The notes below the pieces were generated by a model. That model was not told the DNA's origin, did no database searches, and saw nothing but the letters and a program-made list of their open reading frames with translations. A stretch of 64,000 nucleotides of DNA from Takakia lepidozioides. Its lineage: Eukaryota; Plantae; Bryophyta. The DNA lies in assembly GCA_030704615.1 (NCBI GenBank), contig CM060734.1:31062001-31126000 (forward strand). The letters run 5' to 3'. Below, piece by piece: positions 23,445-37,700 of the stretch; position 1 is the first letter of the stretch; each line of letters opens with the position of its first letter. A program made the position numbers and the translations under genes.

Positions 23445-26293
23445 AAATTCTCATGCTATTATTCTTGCCTGCTTGGCCCATGTGATTATAGACACGGGGT
23501 GCTGACAGCCAGCAGTCATCGTAAAAGAAACATGTTCAAGCTGTGCCAGTACCTTGTATTGAATGTACACAGGTGACTGTTTTTATCACACAACTCGACA
23601 CCCAGTTATCAACTTTGAGGATGAAGCTGTCCTTCAACAGGAAGCTTTTTGAGTGTGGACAACGTTGTTTCATCACATGGGGGGCGAGCAGCTATTTGGC
23701 TAACCGTTTAACCAGAGGTTGGTCTGACACCAGAGATGGCCTGGAGAATGGCCATATTTAGATGCCTCTAGTCAGTGTCGAGGAAAAAGTGCATTGTTGT
23801 TGCATTTAGAAGTCAGTGTGGTCATGAAGTGACCCTCTGCATGTATGGATTCAATGCTAGTCTTTCTATTGCTTGGCATCTTTTATTTAAAGAATTTGAG
23901 ACAACCATTGTCACCCATAGGGGCACTGCAAAGCTGCCATACACAAGAATCTCATGCTGTTTGTAACCTTCAGGGGGAGGTACATAGCTTCCACCTAAAT
24001 TTTGCTAGTTTTCAAAGCATGGTTTTCTCTACTAGTTTCTGTATCCCAAGTGACAACACAGTAACCGGCAGGAATGTCAGGGCCGATCATGACCTGGTTT
24101 TGGTCGAGCGATGTTGGTGTTCTTTGTTTGTCCATCAAACTATTTTTCTTCACTCCAGAGATCTGATGAAAACTGGGAGTCCATGCACCTTCTCCCCCTC
24201 TTAAATACCCATAAATGTCCTTACAATTCGAAACTACATTAGATATCCATTATGCAGTTCTTTCAACACATAATGGGATGAGGCTTCAGATGTGCTGACG
24301 ATGATGCAGGATGAGCTTTGGATAGCACATCAATCCAAACTCGCTGCATACACACCTCTTGATGTTGATCTCCCTCCACGAAGCCTTGAGTATTTTAAGT
24401 CAGCGCGCCGCCATAGATTATACGGAGGTGAGACAGGGAAATGCGAGTGTTCTGATGCATTGTTGTGTACATAACATAGGCTTCTTCGTCGATCCTACAT
24501 TGTGGGCAAAACACTTTGTGGTCTGGGTGGTGGAGAAAACAGCAAATTGTTGTGGGCCCCATTTTTTATCTTTGGGTGGCCCACAGTCGGTTCCCTCACA
24601 CATGTTCGGCGGGGACGCCCCTCGAGGTTGCTCCGTGGCCCTCGCAGAGAAGATAGCGTGACACGTGGGAATGGTATGCTTGGGAAACCCCATACCTACC
24701 TCGTGGGATTCAGTACTCTTTTCTTCAAATGCAGTGCCGCAGGAATATAGTCACAAGGGCTGCCGGAAAATTCTGGTCCACCAGCTGCGCTTGGAAGCTC
24801 CGATGGCCCACTACCGATCGGCAGCGATGGTGGGTTTGGATGGATGCTCTCAATGCTGGCTGCTCATTCCGTGTTCGGGAATCACGTCAGCTCCTCGACG
24901 CCTACACAAATTTAGCAGGAGTTTGTCGCCAGTTGGCAAGGAAGAGGTGGGTTGGTTGGTCACAGCAAGCCACACTCAGTGTCCCTCTTGCTTTCCGGCT
25001 CAGAATCCGGAATGAGACTGTGGGTTTGCCTCCCGGCAGACCCCAAGCCCTTGCTTCGGTCCTCCAATCCGGCCTGAGTCACAGGCACGGGCCGTTCTCA
25101 CTGCCCTCCCTTCTTCTACCTCAACACGCCGATCAGAAGCTACAGTAGTTAGATTTTCCATGGTCTCTTGTACCTCTCAACACACTCTCCCCACTTCATC
25201 TCGCACATGCTGGCCATCAACTGACTCAGCACACACATGAAAGGTTCGTGTTAACGTGGCGGAAGCTCTGTTGCTGTTGATCGGTTGGGCGCCGCGTGGC
25301 TGCAGAGCACTGTGGAGCAGCCTCAAACCTGCTCTGCACTATACCTACCTACCCTCTGTTGTGTGTGAGCCACACTGTCCTGCAGCAAAGCTTTTAGTAG
25401 CTCTGTTGGTGGATGCAAATCCTGTACATTTGTGTGTAATGTAATCCAACAATTTAATTGAACTGCGCACTTTTAGCAGTCGGTAATCAAGTGAATTGCG
25501 ATGCATTTCACATCAAGGCCTATTTGGAATTCCCTACCAAATGCCCAATTCTTTGGGTAGCCCCCTGCAAAGTTGCGAGGGTCCAAGCTTTAGCTGGGTA
25601 ATAAAAAAAACTTGTCAAATCTTTATCAATGACAATCTATGACCCAACTCAAAAAAGAATGACACACATGTCATGAATCAACAGGCTGCCCCACTGCAAG
25701 GTCGCAACAACAATGGACAATCTCTCTTTTGCAACTGGTCAAAGAATCTGTATGCGCGCGTGCATATACCCACCTACATATTATTCTTCGCATGTTGAAA
25801 TTATTGGGTTATGGTCACTCCCATGACCGCCAAACATCGTTCCCAACCATGCTGGAAGCATCATTGATCGATAGTTTTTTCCCCTTATTTTTAAAAGGTA
25901 AGTGACGCCGGCGGCGACGACTGCTAATAAATTTACCAGCCCCCTTAATTGAGAGGAAAAACTAACCTCTTTCCAAGTAACCCCGCCATGAGAGCCCAAG
26001 GGAAGCGGTAGGAGAGTAAAGTTTGTTTAACGTCCAGTGAAGTTTTCTTGTTTTTTCTTTTCTTTTCTAGGGAAGGACCACACACAAATAGGTGGCAGGA
26101 TTTGCAGTGAGCCCAGCATCAACAAGAGGATTTCTCATAAACAAAACCAACAGAGAACAAGGGAGAAGAGGGAGGTGTGGGGCAGGCTTGGGAGAGAGGT
26201 AGGTTCGGAGAGAAGGCCTGTGCCGCCTCGGCAGCGGCGTTGCATACTCGTGCGCTATCGTCTGCAGAGTGTGGGGGGATCGTTCTTCCTGCG

Positions 26294-26325
26294 AGCGAGC
26301 GAGAGAGAGAGAGAGAGAGAGAGAG
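26294..26325 (+). promoter_or_regulatory. (GA)n tract upstream of the NTT start codon (possible BBR/BPC GAGA element)
   Basis: GA dinucleotide run ~90 bp upstream of the ATG. Function is inferred. Confidence 0.3.
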
Positions 26326-26414
26326 GGCGTCCCTGGATCTCTCTCTTTGGGCCTCTGCCAACCCTGGGTTGCGTGGTGGAGGCGGCATTTGGGTGAGATT
26401 GTGGGGCGCCAGCC

Positions 26415-29400
26415 ATGCAGGGGTTGTGCGCAGCGGCAGCAGCACCCGCTTGTGTGCCCTGCAGCGACAATGTGCGGAGGGGTGACGGTGCGAGGGGGGC
26501 ATCCGCCCGTGTGGCATTTGCATCACTAGTGCCGGGGCGGGGAAGCGTGCAATCCAGACGGAGGGTCGGGCCCGTAAGGTATGAGAAATTGAAGGGTGGA
26601 TTGAGAGAGGGTGCTCTGGTGAGTAGGGAGGCCTACGGCAGCGGGGTTGAGAGACGTGTACGGAGGCCCTTGGGGGTTCGTGCTCAGGCATCAGCCAGTG
26701 GGGCTGTTGCGAGCCCGACTGATCCCCCCAGAAAAATATTTGGAATCGAAGCGATCACTTTGAAGAAGGTGCTTCCGCTTGGCTTGATGTTCTTCTGCAT
26801 TCTTTTTAATTATACCATTTTGCGAGACACGAAGGACGTGTTGGTGGTGACAGCCAAAGGAAGCAGCGCCGAGATTATTCCGTTTTTGAAGACATGGGTC
26901 AATCTTCCAATGGCCATTGGATTCATGGTTATCTACACACGGCTGTCAAACGTGCTGTCGAAGGAGCATCTTTTCTACTCGTGTATTTTTCCATTCATCG
27001 CTTTTTTTGGGGCTTTTGCCTTCTTCATGTATCCTCTGGTGGATGTTCTGCATCCCACAGGGTTTGCAGACTACCTTTTGGCGAAAATGGGCACCAGGTT
27101 TCTAGGTCCGATCGCTATCATTCGCAATTGGACATTTGTGCTCTTCTACGTCATGGCTGAGCTGTGGGGCAGTGTTGTGGTCTCGGTGCTCTTTTGGGGC
27201 TTCGCTAACCAGGTGCGCTTGCTCATGCCTCGTTTGCGGGGTTGGTGATGTGGGGGGGGGGGGAGCTCTGGGATCAAGTGCATGGGATATGTTGCCTAAG
27301 TCCTTCTATTTAGTATGTTCGAATTCAATGATCTCATGGCCTTTGGCAACCTAGCCATTCAATGTCTCCGGAGAAAAGCATTTGCTAATATGTTTTAGAT
27401 GTTTTCCTGGGATTTCAGGGCATTCTAGCAGGAGTCTGATCAGTTACTCTGGATTTCTGTAGCTATAATGGAAACGGTCCTAGAAAACGAGCGAAGTCTC
27501 ACGGAATTCCTACTTTTTCATATTTCTGCCAAGTGCAGGGTCCTTCATTGCTACACTGTCTGTTCTTTCATGTCCCTGCCAAGGGTAGAAGAACCACAGT
27601 ATGTTTTGTGGGTACTACTGCGGCCACTGTCACATCTAGTGGCCAGTCAATTGGGCAGCTTTCCGATGCTATTTGCAGCATGTGTCTGGGAAGAGTATGA
27701 ATTGCTACCGTACTAGTTGGTGGTTGAGTGGCCTCTCTTGTGCGATCTACATCTGGAGCTAGTTCTGTAGTCTATATCTGGGGCCCAAAATGTAGGTGAG
27801 GGGTATTTGTCAGGGCTCTGCTGGCCACAGAACTACGACAATGAATCTCAGATCACAATGTTGCAAGATTATCTGGAATCTGGTGACGTGAATGTGGCAA
27901 TTATTTGCTTTGAAGAAATACTGATTTCTCTTTTTCTGGGATTGTCACAGATAACGACTGTTGATGAGGCCAAACAGTTCTATCCTCTGTTTGGGTTGGG
28001 GGCAAATGTGGCACTCGTATTTTCGGGCCGCACTGTGAAATACTTTTCACAACTGCGCACCCAGTTGCCACCTGGCGTGGATGGGTGGGGGTATTCTTTG
28101 AAGGGTATGATGGGGTTGGTTGTAATTCTTGGTTTAGCAATCGTCGGCATATACTGGTATGTCAACAACTACGTCTTGAATGATCCTGCACTTCCCAAGG
28201 CAGAGGCGCGCACGAAGGTTAGTCGGCCTTGTCTCTGATTGGCTAAGTTGATGCTTCAGTTCTTTATTTGCTGAATCTTCACTGATTTCAATCCAAGAAG
28301 GAAGTTACTGATTTATACAATCTGGACACTTCGAATGCACCATACGGTCAACGTGTGGAGGTTTAGTGTCTATTCACATTGTGTCTGTGCATGTTGCCAC
28401 TTCACTGGTTCTTCATACCATCTCCATGGCGCACATGAGCTTCTAGAGTCATTCCCTACTCCTATTGCAGAAAGACTATATCCCAGAATGTTGTGGGAAG
28501 CAGGGATGCCATGTGCTCATATCATTCTGTACATTCCAATGTCTAGTAGACAATATGTTGTCCAAAGTGGGATCAATATGGGGGGGTTCTTAAAATGTGC
28601 ATGAAATCAGGATGGATAAAATGGTTGGGTCAATTATGCTGCAAAGTTGAGGTGAGGTGTGGAAAGATAGCATAAAAGAGCCAGTGGCCTTTGACAGAGG
28701 TTGGCCTCACAATGTTTGGGCGGTTTTGTGCAGAAAAAAAAGCCTAAGTTGGGCATGGCAGAGAGTGCTAAATTTTTGTTCAACTCACGCTACATTCGGG
28801 ACCTTGCAACTCTTGTGGTTGCCTATGGAATTAGTATCAATCTTGTTGAGGTCACATGGAAGGCTAAACTAAAAGCACAGGCATGCATCCCCTTTTTCTC
28901 TCCCTCATTCTCTTTACACACTTTTTCATGTCTTGGAATGTTTTGTTACCAACATTACCAGTTAATTGTGTTACAACTAAGTTTCTTAGGCTGTTAGCAG
29001 TAGGTGGTGAATGAAATAGGTCATTGCAGCTTGTGCCAGAAAACTGTACGGTTTAGGCGTAGCCTGGGTGACTGTGGTGATGCCATATTGGCAACTCTTA
29101 GGAAGGCTACTTGCAGCTAGTGCAAAGTAGCCATGAAAGTGGTGCATAACTCTATCACCTGAGCTGAGGGAGCAGGGTAAGATAATCATACAGATTATTG
29201 AGAGAACCTAGTGATTATCTTGCTACTCATCATGTGTACCGACAAACCTTCAATGGTGGGGGATAGTAAGTGTACTAATAAGTTGTGGTTGTTGTGAACG
29301 ACTGCAGTATCCAAGCCCTAACGAATACTCTTCATTCATGGGCGATTTCTCAATGTACACTGGAATTGCAACATTCACAATGATGTTGCTTAGTCGTGTG

Positions 29401-30583
29401 ATCTTCAGGAAATATGGATGGGGGGTGGCAGCAGCCATCACCCCAACTGTCTTGCTCGTTACCGGGGTTGCATTTTTTGCTTTGGTGCTATTTAGCGGTC
29501 CTCTCACTCCAGCACTTGCTGGCATTGGGATGACTCCTTTGCTAGCAGCAGTCTATGTGGGAGCTCTTCAAAATATCTTCAGCAAAAGTGCCAAATACAG
29601 CTTGTTTGATCCCTGCAAAGAAATGGCGTACATTCCCTTGGACGAGGACACTAAGGTTAGAAACAGTTTTGGGTCTTGACATTTTCAGCACTGCATGTTG
29701 AATAAGCACATGCAGTCAATGTTCAAAATTTGCTCAAGCTTTTTCTGACCATCTTTGGTGAGAAGAACATGATGACGACTTCAAATATTAGATGTTGGTG
29801 TTGATACCGTGCAGGTGAAAGGGAAGGCTGCCATTGATGTGGTCTGCAACCCGCTTGGGAAGTCAGGAGGTGCCCTTATCCAGCAGTTTCTGATTCTGGG
29901 CTTCGGATCACTGGCATCCTCAACACCGTACCTAGGAGCTATTCTGTTGGTCATTGTGTTGGCGTGGTTGAACGCTGCCCGGTCACTTGATTCGCAGTTC
30001 ACTCCATTGGTACAGAAAGACTTGAAGGGCAAGCTGCTTGAGGGCAAACTATCTGCCATCTCTGCAGCTCTCTTTGGCCAATCCAAGGCAAAGAAAGAGG
30101 TCGGCTCCCTTCACCTCGTTGATGAATAAACCAATTTGAAAGTAATCGAAGACTAGGATTGATTGAACCTTCTTTTGAAGAGCTTATTCTTCGAACCCGA
30201 TAGCTGTGTGATTGCACCCAAAAATACGACTATGACACAAACTGAAGGATTTTGATTTCTTAAAAGGCACCTGGGCCCTTGCTTCTGATGGATGATTGCA
30301 TTTTTGGAACTGTAATGTCTGGTACACACAGTAGGACTTATCAGGGAAGTGGATTCCTGGGCTGCAGGTGTCATATAGATTTGTCAGTGTCCTTAATGAG
30401 CAAGGCTTCATCGAGGGGCGCTATGTGCCAGTTATTGATGGGCAAGCTGTGGTCGAGGGAGCTCCTGCCAAAAGCCCCGCCCCTTCCCCCAATCCGGGGT
30501 CTGAGAATGGGGGTGGTGTTGTGCTTCAGCAGACAGAAGGGGAACCTGAGGCCCCGGCTTCTGAGCCAGTACCCATCAAGTGA
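26415..30583 (+). CDS. NTT: Plastidic ATP/ADP transporter (NTT/AATP, TLC family), ~686 aa
   Basis: Exons 26415-27212, 27951-28217, 28734-28880, 29308-29655, 29815-30099, 30368-30583. Transit peptide followed by FNYTILRDTKDVLVVTA, AELWGSVVVSVLFWGFANQ, SKSAKYSLFDPCKEMAYIPLD and KGKAAIDVVCNPLGKSGG. Intron 3 has a GC donor. Confidence 0.96.
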
Positions 30584-31699
30584 GACGGTCGGATGGCCTG
30601 ATGTGATCATCGTGGCTCGTTGATGATCACCCTTCATGAAATGTATTGACCCTTGCGGAGTTGGAGGTTATGATTTGAGCTAACAGCAGGTTTTCCTTTT
30701 GGGTTGAAGGTTACAGAGGAGGCCAGGTTGAAAAGCACAGTGGTTGTTGGGTTGAGAAAAAATGTGGGGGAGAATGAAGTGTTATGAGTGTACTTATCTC
30801 TTTTACTAGCACTTGGACACACAGTTTTGCATATCAGACAAATTATTTGTTTCCTTCGGTGGGTCGAGATTTCTTGGAGATGCAAGCCAGGCTGTGCAAT
30901 GAGCAAATTGTGACAACTTTTTCAGGAGGTTGGGCCTGTTGTCTGAGATGTAATGGCAGTTCTTTTTTAAGTCAAGTTGCTTGGGAAACAGGTTGGCAGT
31001 CAAAATAACTGCTACTCCCTTTATGTTAGTCTTGTTTATGATATTGTGCACTTGCCTCAGATGGCGTAGTTGGGAACTTGAGGGGGCACTTCGCAGGCCA
31101 CTCTTGGGGAAAACCCAATTGAGTGCATAGGGCTTTTGGAAGATAATACTGTCAGATATCTAGACAAGGGAATTATCTGAAATGCGTCGAAGAAAGTTCA
31201 TTTAAGTGGAATCCTATCATTGGGTGGTTTCTATGTTGTGTGCTCACCATTTGGATGTACATCATTCTAGGACAGAGTTGTCTTATAAGTAATGTAGTGC
31301 AAAAGACTAAAGGAGCAGAAGTGGGTGATCAAGCTGGTGGTTACTTATGTTGAAATCTGGACTTCACTTGCCAAACCTCGTTTCTTGAAAGATCCCCTTT
31401 AGTGGCTGGTGGAAGACTGATGTTGATGGGTACATCAGCACACTTCTGCCTTTATATGAAGTAAGAAAGCTGAACTTGAAATTGAACTAGGACCAGGTAA
31501 TGCTTGGTAGTATCAGAATAACTCGGGTAACCTGTGCTGTTGGCCCATGTGTGAAGAATTGAAATCTAACCACGCTCAATTTTTATGTATCCAAGCGTCA
31601 CCTATGTTGAGGCTCATCTAAGCCCAAGTCCAATCTCCTTATGTATCCAAGTGCTTCTCTCATAGAAGCCCAACTCCGACCTCCAAAGTCATTCCACCA

Positions 31700-31945
31700 C
31701 TTAATTTTGTAATTTGGTAATTTTGTAATTTGGTTAAATTTTCAACGACCAAAATTGTTTATAATTCCATAAGTCTCGGCCCATAAGTCCAAATTTTGTG
31801 AAACCAAATCGGTGCACCCCTACTCATCAAGGGCTTTCCAACGGTACTAAAATCGTGGCCAAAGGCCGTGCGGTTTTGGGAGATCTCAACGCTACAAAAC
31901 AAAACAAAACAAAACAAACAAACAAACAAACAACCTTGCTTCATA
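31700..31945. repeat. Short interspersed repeat-like segment ending in (CAAAA)n(CAAA)n
   Basis: Duplicated AATTTTGTAATTTGGT and a microsatellite tail. Family not determined. Confidence 0.35.
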
Positions 31946-32024
31946 TATTGATGTTCCAAAAGCCGTGATTGTTGAGTACATCCGGTGCATGAAGCTGGTT
32001 GAGCATGATGCAAGCATGGGTTAA

Positions 32025-33726
32025 CCCCTAAGCGTCAAAAACGACCCAACTTGGGTCGGTTGGGTTTAGAAAACGAGCCGGTTATCCTTAACCTGATGTG
32101 GGCCCACATAGGCTCATTCGATTGGAAATCAAGTCAGGTATGACGTGGCATTTCCCAATTGGTCATACGACCTGGCAATTGCCATGTGGAGAGCCTAGAG
32201 TCCGCCACACTCGTGATTTTGAGGCCACTTTCCACCATCTAACCTGCCCTGAGGATGACGTGGCAACTAGGGTCAAGTTAGGGTGAAATTCCATGCAGCA
32301 GGGTGGCACGTCTCAACACCCTTTATTGCGCCACTTACCCCCTAATTGGCACCCGCAGCCGACCTGCCTCGGAGATCTCCATGCCTAATCCCCAAGCTGG
32401 AATCAATGGCGATGGTAGCTCCGGGCGTGGTTTGGTGTCAAACCTGTTGTGGAGTGGGGAGAGCGCGGGAGGAGACTCACTTGATGCGCAGCTCGAGAGC
32501 TGCCTGGAGATGCTTCCGTCCACTTTGTGAAATCCGGCGAGTTTTGTTTTTCCGTCATGAAAACCGGGACACATTTCCGGCATTGGTGGCCCATGAACGC
32601 GTGGGGTGGGTGACCCCAAAACCCAATAAACATAGGGGTGGCCCGAACCTGGGTGGGGGAGTGGACATGCCTTGGGAGGGGTGGAGGCCTAATCAATTTA
32701 GGGACGGGTAGAATGAGGCACCCCCTAAAACCCTCCACAAGAGAGGGCTACTGCCCAAAAATTATAGGCCCACATAGGTGCAATTGCAAGTCTCATGGGC
32801 AGGGGGTAAAAAGACCTAGTAGGAGACTCAGATTGGCCCGAAATGTTTTTGCGGAAAAGCCATACCCACCCACAACCTTCCCACCGGAGCGATTGCCAAA
32901 TGAACGGCTCAAATTTTTTCCTCAATTTTCTGAACAAACCTTTTTGCCTGCCCGAAGGAAAACCCCAAATTTGACCCCCCATTTTTAGCATACAAAGCAG
33001 CCCACCTGAGATTATGTCAGAAAAAGATGAAATTTGCAGGGAAGGTGTCTTATAGGGTAGAACACCCTATGACCGTTCATCTAAAGATGGCTGAAGATCT
33101 AACGGTGAATTTTTGTCGTTTTTACCCCGGATAAATTGATAAGATGCTCCACATCTGGGGCATCCCAACACATTTGGAAGTGCCTGATTTCATGAAATCC
33201 ACACAAAGTTATGGGATTTCAAAGTTGAACCAATCCGAATGCTTGTGTGAAGTTTGAGCCCTATGACCACTCATATTTCTTGGGGGTTCTATCAAACAAC
33301 TGTTTGCCAAGTGGCAAAAATGAGCAGTCTTGGGCCATCCATGGTCGCTCATGCAGGCCTGACCCAAGCAATTATGAGGTGAACGGTCATAGGAACTATA
33401 ACGGTCATAGGGTGTTTTACCCTATGACAGGGCACCAGATTCTGGAGAGTGTCATGTCAGACCAGTTCGCAGATGGGAAATTCGATAGAAACAGCACTTT
33501 TTTTCCCCTATTTACTTCATGTGTTTTTTTTTTGGCACCACTTTAGACATTATATTCTTTGGATCTGCTGGTTGGATTTAGACAGGGATTTTTGTGGTCG
33601 TAGGTGGGGTAGTTGAGAGTATATTCCAACGGTTAGTTTTACAGGGCCTTCAAGATATAAATGTTTTAGAGGGCCAGGGTCCAGTGTTTGAGATCTTGGC
33701 AAAAATTGGCCCTTGTCCTTTCGGGG
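32025..33726. mobile_element. Non-autonomous piggyBac-like element flanked by TTAA
   Basis: TTAA|CCCCTAAGCGTCAA at the left and TTGTCCTTTCGGGG|TTAA at the right (10/14 inverted match). Subterminal GACCC..GGGTC palindrome and internal CCTATGAC/GTCATAGG repeats. Confidence 0.6.
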
Positions 33727-34754
33727 TTAAATAGGTGCTTTGTAATAAACAAGTTATCAGCTGACAACTTTAGGTGGATGGCCCTATTGTAGGGTGATGC
33801 AATGGCAAATAGTCTTGTGGAGTATCTGTTTGAATTCGATCCTCAGACATTATTTTTTCCAAGATCCTCTTTTGAGTGGATGTTGGAACTGTGGACATTA
33901 CACTGAGTGTGGCTAGATATAAAGTCATGGGATGGTTGTGTCAGAATGCAATGCAGCTATGGAAAGTCTTTCAACATAATCCATGGTTGCTGGAAAATAT
34001 TGCCAACCTTCAAGGCATGTTGTGGCATTTGTCACTACACTGAAATTTTGCAGTTTTGGTTGTAGAGTGTTACAAGTCTTGTGCATACACACATCTGGAG
34101 TGTGAAAGCCATCAGAGTGGATCCAACTAAAAACTTGGGGGAAGCATCAGATGGAATCCAGCTTCTCCAAAATCTGGTTGGGTTGTAGACATTTTAATAG
34201 TTACCAATTTGTCACATAGATCTGGTATCTCAAGTAGAGAAGGGCATTTTCCCCCTGGAAGAACCGCCCACTAGATTACACCATACCATATGAGCAATGG
34301 GTTGTACAATCAAGGAAATTTCCGTTGTCGCCTACGGAAAAGACTAGTCCCCAGAGTCTGAGCTTCAGATTCAAAGGGGAGTGTTCGATGCAGTCATTTT
34401 TTAGAGGCAAGCTTGGAAGCTCCCACCGATGGCTGACTGTCCTGGAATGATTAGGTGTGGCCAAGTCAATTAAGTCTCACAAAATAAAATAATTTCACGA
34501 GTCACATTCAATGGTCTAAAAGGGAGAGACCCAGTGAAGTATGTAGTTTATGTTGCAACACCAAACGGACTCCGAAGTGGCAAACTGTCACAAAGCAAAC
34601 ATGACTGACATCATCCCCTTCTAGAGTTGGTAAATTGTTACCGAATTATGATCCCAAATAAGTCCTAAAAATTTGTACAAGATTTCATAGCCAGTCAAGA
34701 ATTCAGAGTGGATGCACTTCAAAGGAAAACATTATTATCTCCACCTGCTTGACT

Positions 34755-37700
34755 TCAAATTTCTTTTCCTGATAGAGCATAGGCAGGGGGAGTTCCAGGA
34801 GAAATACATGCTACCCCTTTCTCCCCTGCAAACACACACAGTGCCTCTGCATCTCTCAACGTTGACTCCAAATCAATGTGTCCACTGAGCTCATTGATAA
34901 ACTTCAGTAGTGTATCGAACTCCATCTGTTCATCCATTATCTTCCGGCGATGTCGCTTCAACACGGCCACACACATGTACAAATGGAAATGCTCTGATAG
35001 ATGGTGGCTCCATAAGACTTCCCACAGTTGCAATACGTTGTCATAATCAAACTCTCTAATAGGATCATAAGACAGGAAAGTAAACAGTCAGTGCTTCATT
35101 TGAACAGGGAGCGAGCTACTCCAAACATAACAAGCATACCAACTGTCAACTCAGAGTAAATATATGCCAGAATGCTATGGACGGCAAGTATGTCAGTTAC
35201 ATGCAAAGAATGTACTAATAAGACATTGTTTGCCTTTTACATGCAAAGAGAGGGGGTGGGACAGAAGGAAACTTTAAACCGACAGGTGCAGCCAAGGGCC
35301 CATGTCCAGCCAGAGAAACTGGAGAAATTGAGTGAACATGGAACACTCACCTTTTGAAATGAATAAGAATCCATCGGAAGCAGAAAAAATAGTTGAGACA
35401 GTCAGCCTGCTTGAAATAGTCATGCAATGGACCATCAAGCAATTGCACAAGCTGCACCATGACCCCAATAACTTGCCATGTCAGAGTTAGTGACTTCGCA
35501 TTTACTTTATCATTACTCCCATATGAACCAGGAGCAACTTCTATGAGTGATGATCATGTGAAACCAGGTTAAACAGAAATGTAGTCAGTAGACCGCGCAA
35601 AGCACATGGTTGTTTGGAAAGAGCGGGGATGAGGATCGGAGAGGAGCACCAGTCATTCCCAGGCTCCTCCAGAAGTGGGACTCTCCACTGATACCAGACT
35701 GATTCAAGCATTCTAGATGCATCATTCACCCCCAAAATATGAACAAAAAGGAGCACCACAATAAATGAGCCTTCAAACTGAGTAGAGAGGTGTGCAATTA
35801 CAGTCCTTGTCCTGTATCCAACTCAGAGGCATCTCATTGAAAAGATTATCCAATGCACCTCATCCAAAGAAAAAGAGAATGTAAAACAGGAATAAAGAGA
35901 GAAAATATATTCAATAAAAGTTGGCATTGTGGCCATATGTGCTGCACTGGACTTGGACAAAGTAAACGAGGGAATGACAAAAGTGACTTGGACTTAGAAG
36001 ACAAGTGAAAGAAGAAACTTAACAATGTCCATAGAGAGCAGAGAGAGAAAGACAGAAATAAGTTTGTACATGCACAGGAGGCCGAAAGAGAGAAGAAAGA
36101 AAAGGAGCTGGAATAACTCAAAAGAGGGAGAGAGACCTCTTCCCTCGGTCCCCTCCAGAACCCAAAAAGAAGAAACTATTGCATCCACTGGAGGCCTAGA
36201 AAGAGACCTTAGTGAGGGCCAGAAGCTGTGAGTGCATCCCATTTTGATCACGATGAAAGTTTGGAGCCATGCGCTCCATAAGTGCAGCAAACGACCAGAA
36301 CGACTCTGACTCATCTTCCATCACATAAAGAATTGGTGACAGCAAATCACTCATGCCCTGCACCCAGTATCAACAGAACGCCAGGAGAGCAGATGAATGT
36401 CGAGATCTAGTTCTCTAGAGCTTTCTTGGTATAATGAAAACACCTCCAGGTGAATCTTCCAGAGAATATTCAGTTGGATAGCAGAATTTCTCTCCTCTCC
36501 AGATACATTCACCATTCTCCTTCATACTTCTTTGCAGGCCTCGAAGACAAACACCACAAATGACTGTGAGTAAATCTCCTGCTCCTCTACTCTTAAATGA
36601 GCGAACTTAAGAGCCTTTGGGCTGGAATAGTACTGGGATCGGCGGCCTCCCGGGGAGTCTAAGTGCTGCACCCACTATATATTTCGCCAAACAACATCTT
36701 ATGAGTACCTTCTTAAAGTAGAATACCATGTTTGATGTAGAGCTTGCCCCGATCAGACACCCATATCAGAAAGCTTGAAAAGCATGAATGCCAAGGTCAG
36801 CCAAGACCAAGGCACTAAAGGATGAAAAGACTCACTTAAAGACTCCCAAGCTTCAAGCATCCATTCATTGTAAGTCTCGGCATCCTCATCAAGTGAGTTG
36901 ATCTCCAGAAGTTTCATTCAACAGATAAATATCAGAAGGGAAAGGTAAGGTAAGGAAGAAGAGAATCTAAATGTGTCCCTAATATCCCTAAAGACCCTCT
37001 GCTAGACACAAAATGTTGCTCCTCACAATTTTCTACAAAGGGTTGTTCACAAAACACTATCTTGTGAAAGATTATCTTGTGAATCCCGTAGAAAAAACCA
37101 GTTATCTAGCGGTGTTAGGCATTCCACTGCCTGAAAATGGGAAATCTCCAGCAATCTAAAGGCTGGAGCTGATTAATCCACAAAAGGACACAGGAAAGAA
37201 TGTAATCATAAGACGTTGTTGTCGTAACCTTGTGGCCAATTACCCCTCACCCAGTTTGGGTGGAACAAAGGACACAGGAAAGAGGGAAAGACAAACACTT
37301 GAGACACCAATCCATGGCCTGCAGCAAAACTACTCCCTGTCTGACACTTTCAAGACATTCACTTAAACATTTAGCAACAAACATGCCTTCTCCAAAACCC
37401 ACCTGACAGTAGCCCAAGTCAAAATTGAAGAAGGAATATGTCACTAGTACGTCACGGAGAAGAACCACATTTGGGTTGTCATCGTCAGCATAGAAAGGCA
37501 ATGTTCGGTCTGTGCGAACCTACACTCACACTTTTCCAAATTAGCCACAAAAAGCCATGAATTCGTCATCAAAGCAGGTCAAAGTACACCTTCCTAAATG
37601 AAGTGAAATAGGTCAATGTATCAGGAGATCGGAAGAAATGTCCTCCTAGAGCTCGTTCCAGAGCTGGTATGGGATTGCAGCCAACCAGGTATGAAAACTC

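Noticed and set aside
24359-25148. Overlapping 80-140 aa ORFs between the zinc-finger and NTT genes
   Set aside because: No recognisable domain or exon structure; GC-richer intergenic sequence.
36400-36930. Possible LINE fragment in a Rab-GAP intron
   Set aside because: Too decayed; no diagnostic motif could be read.
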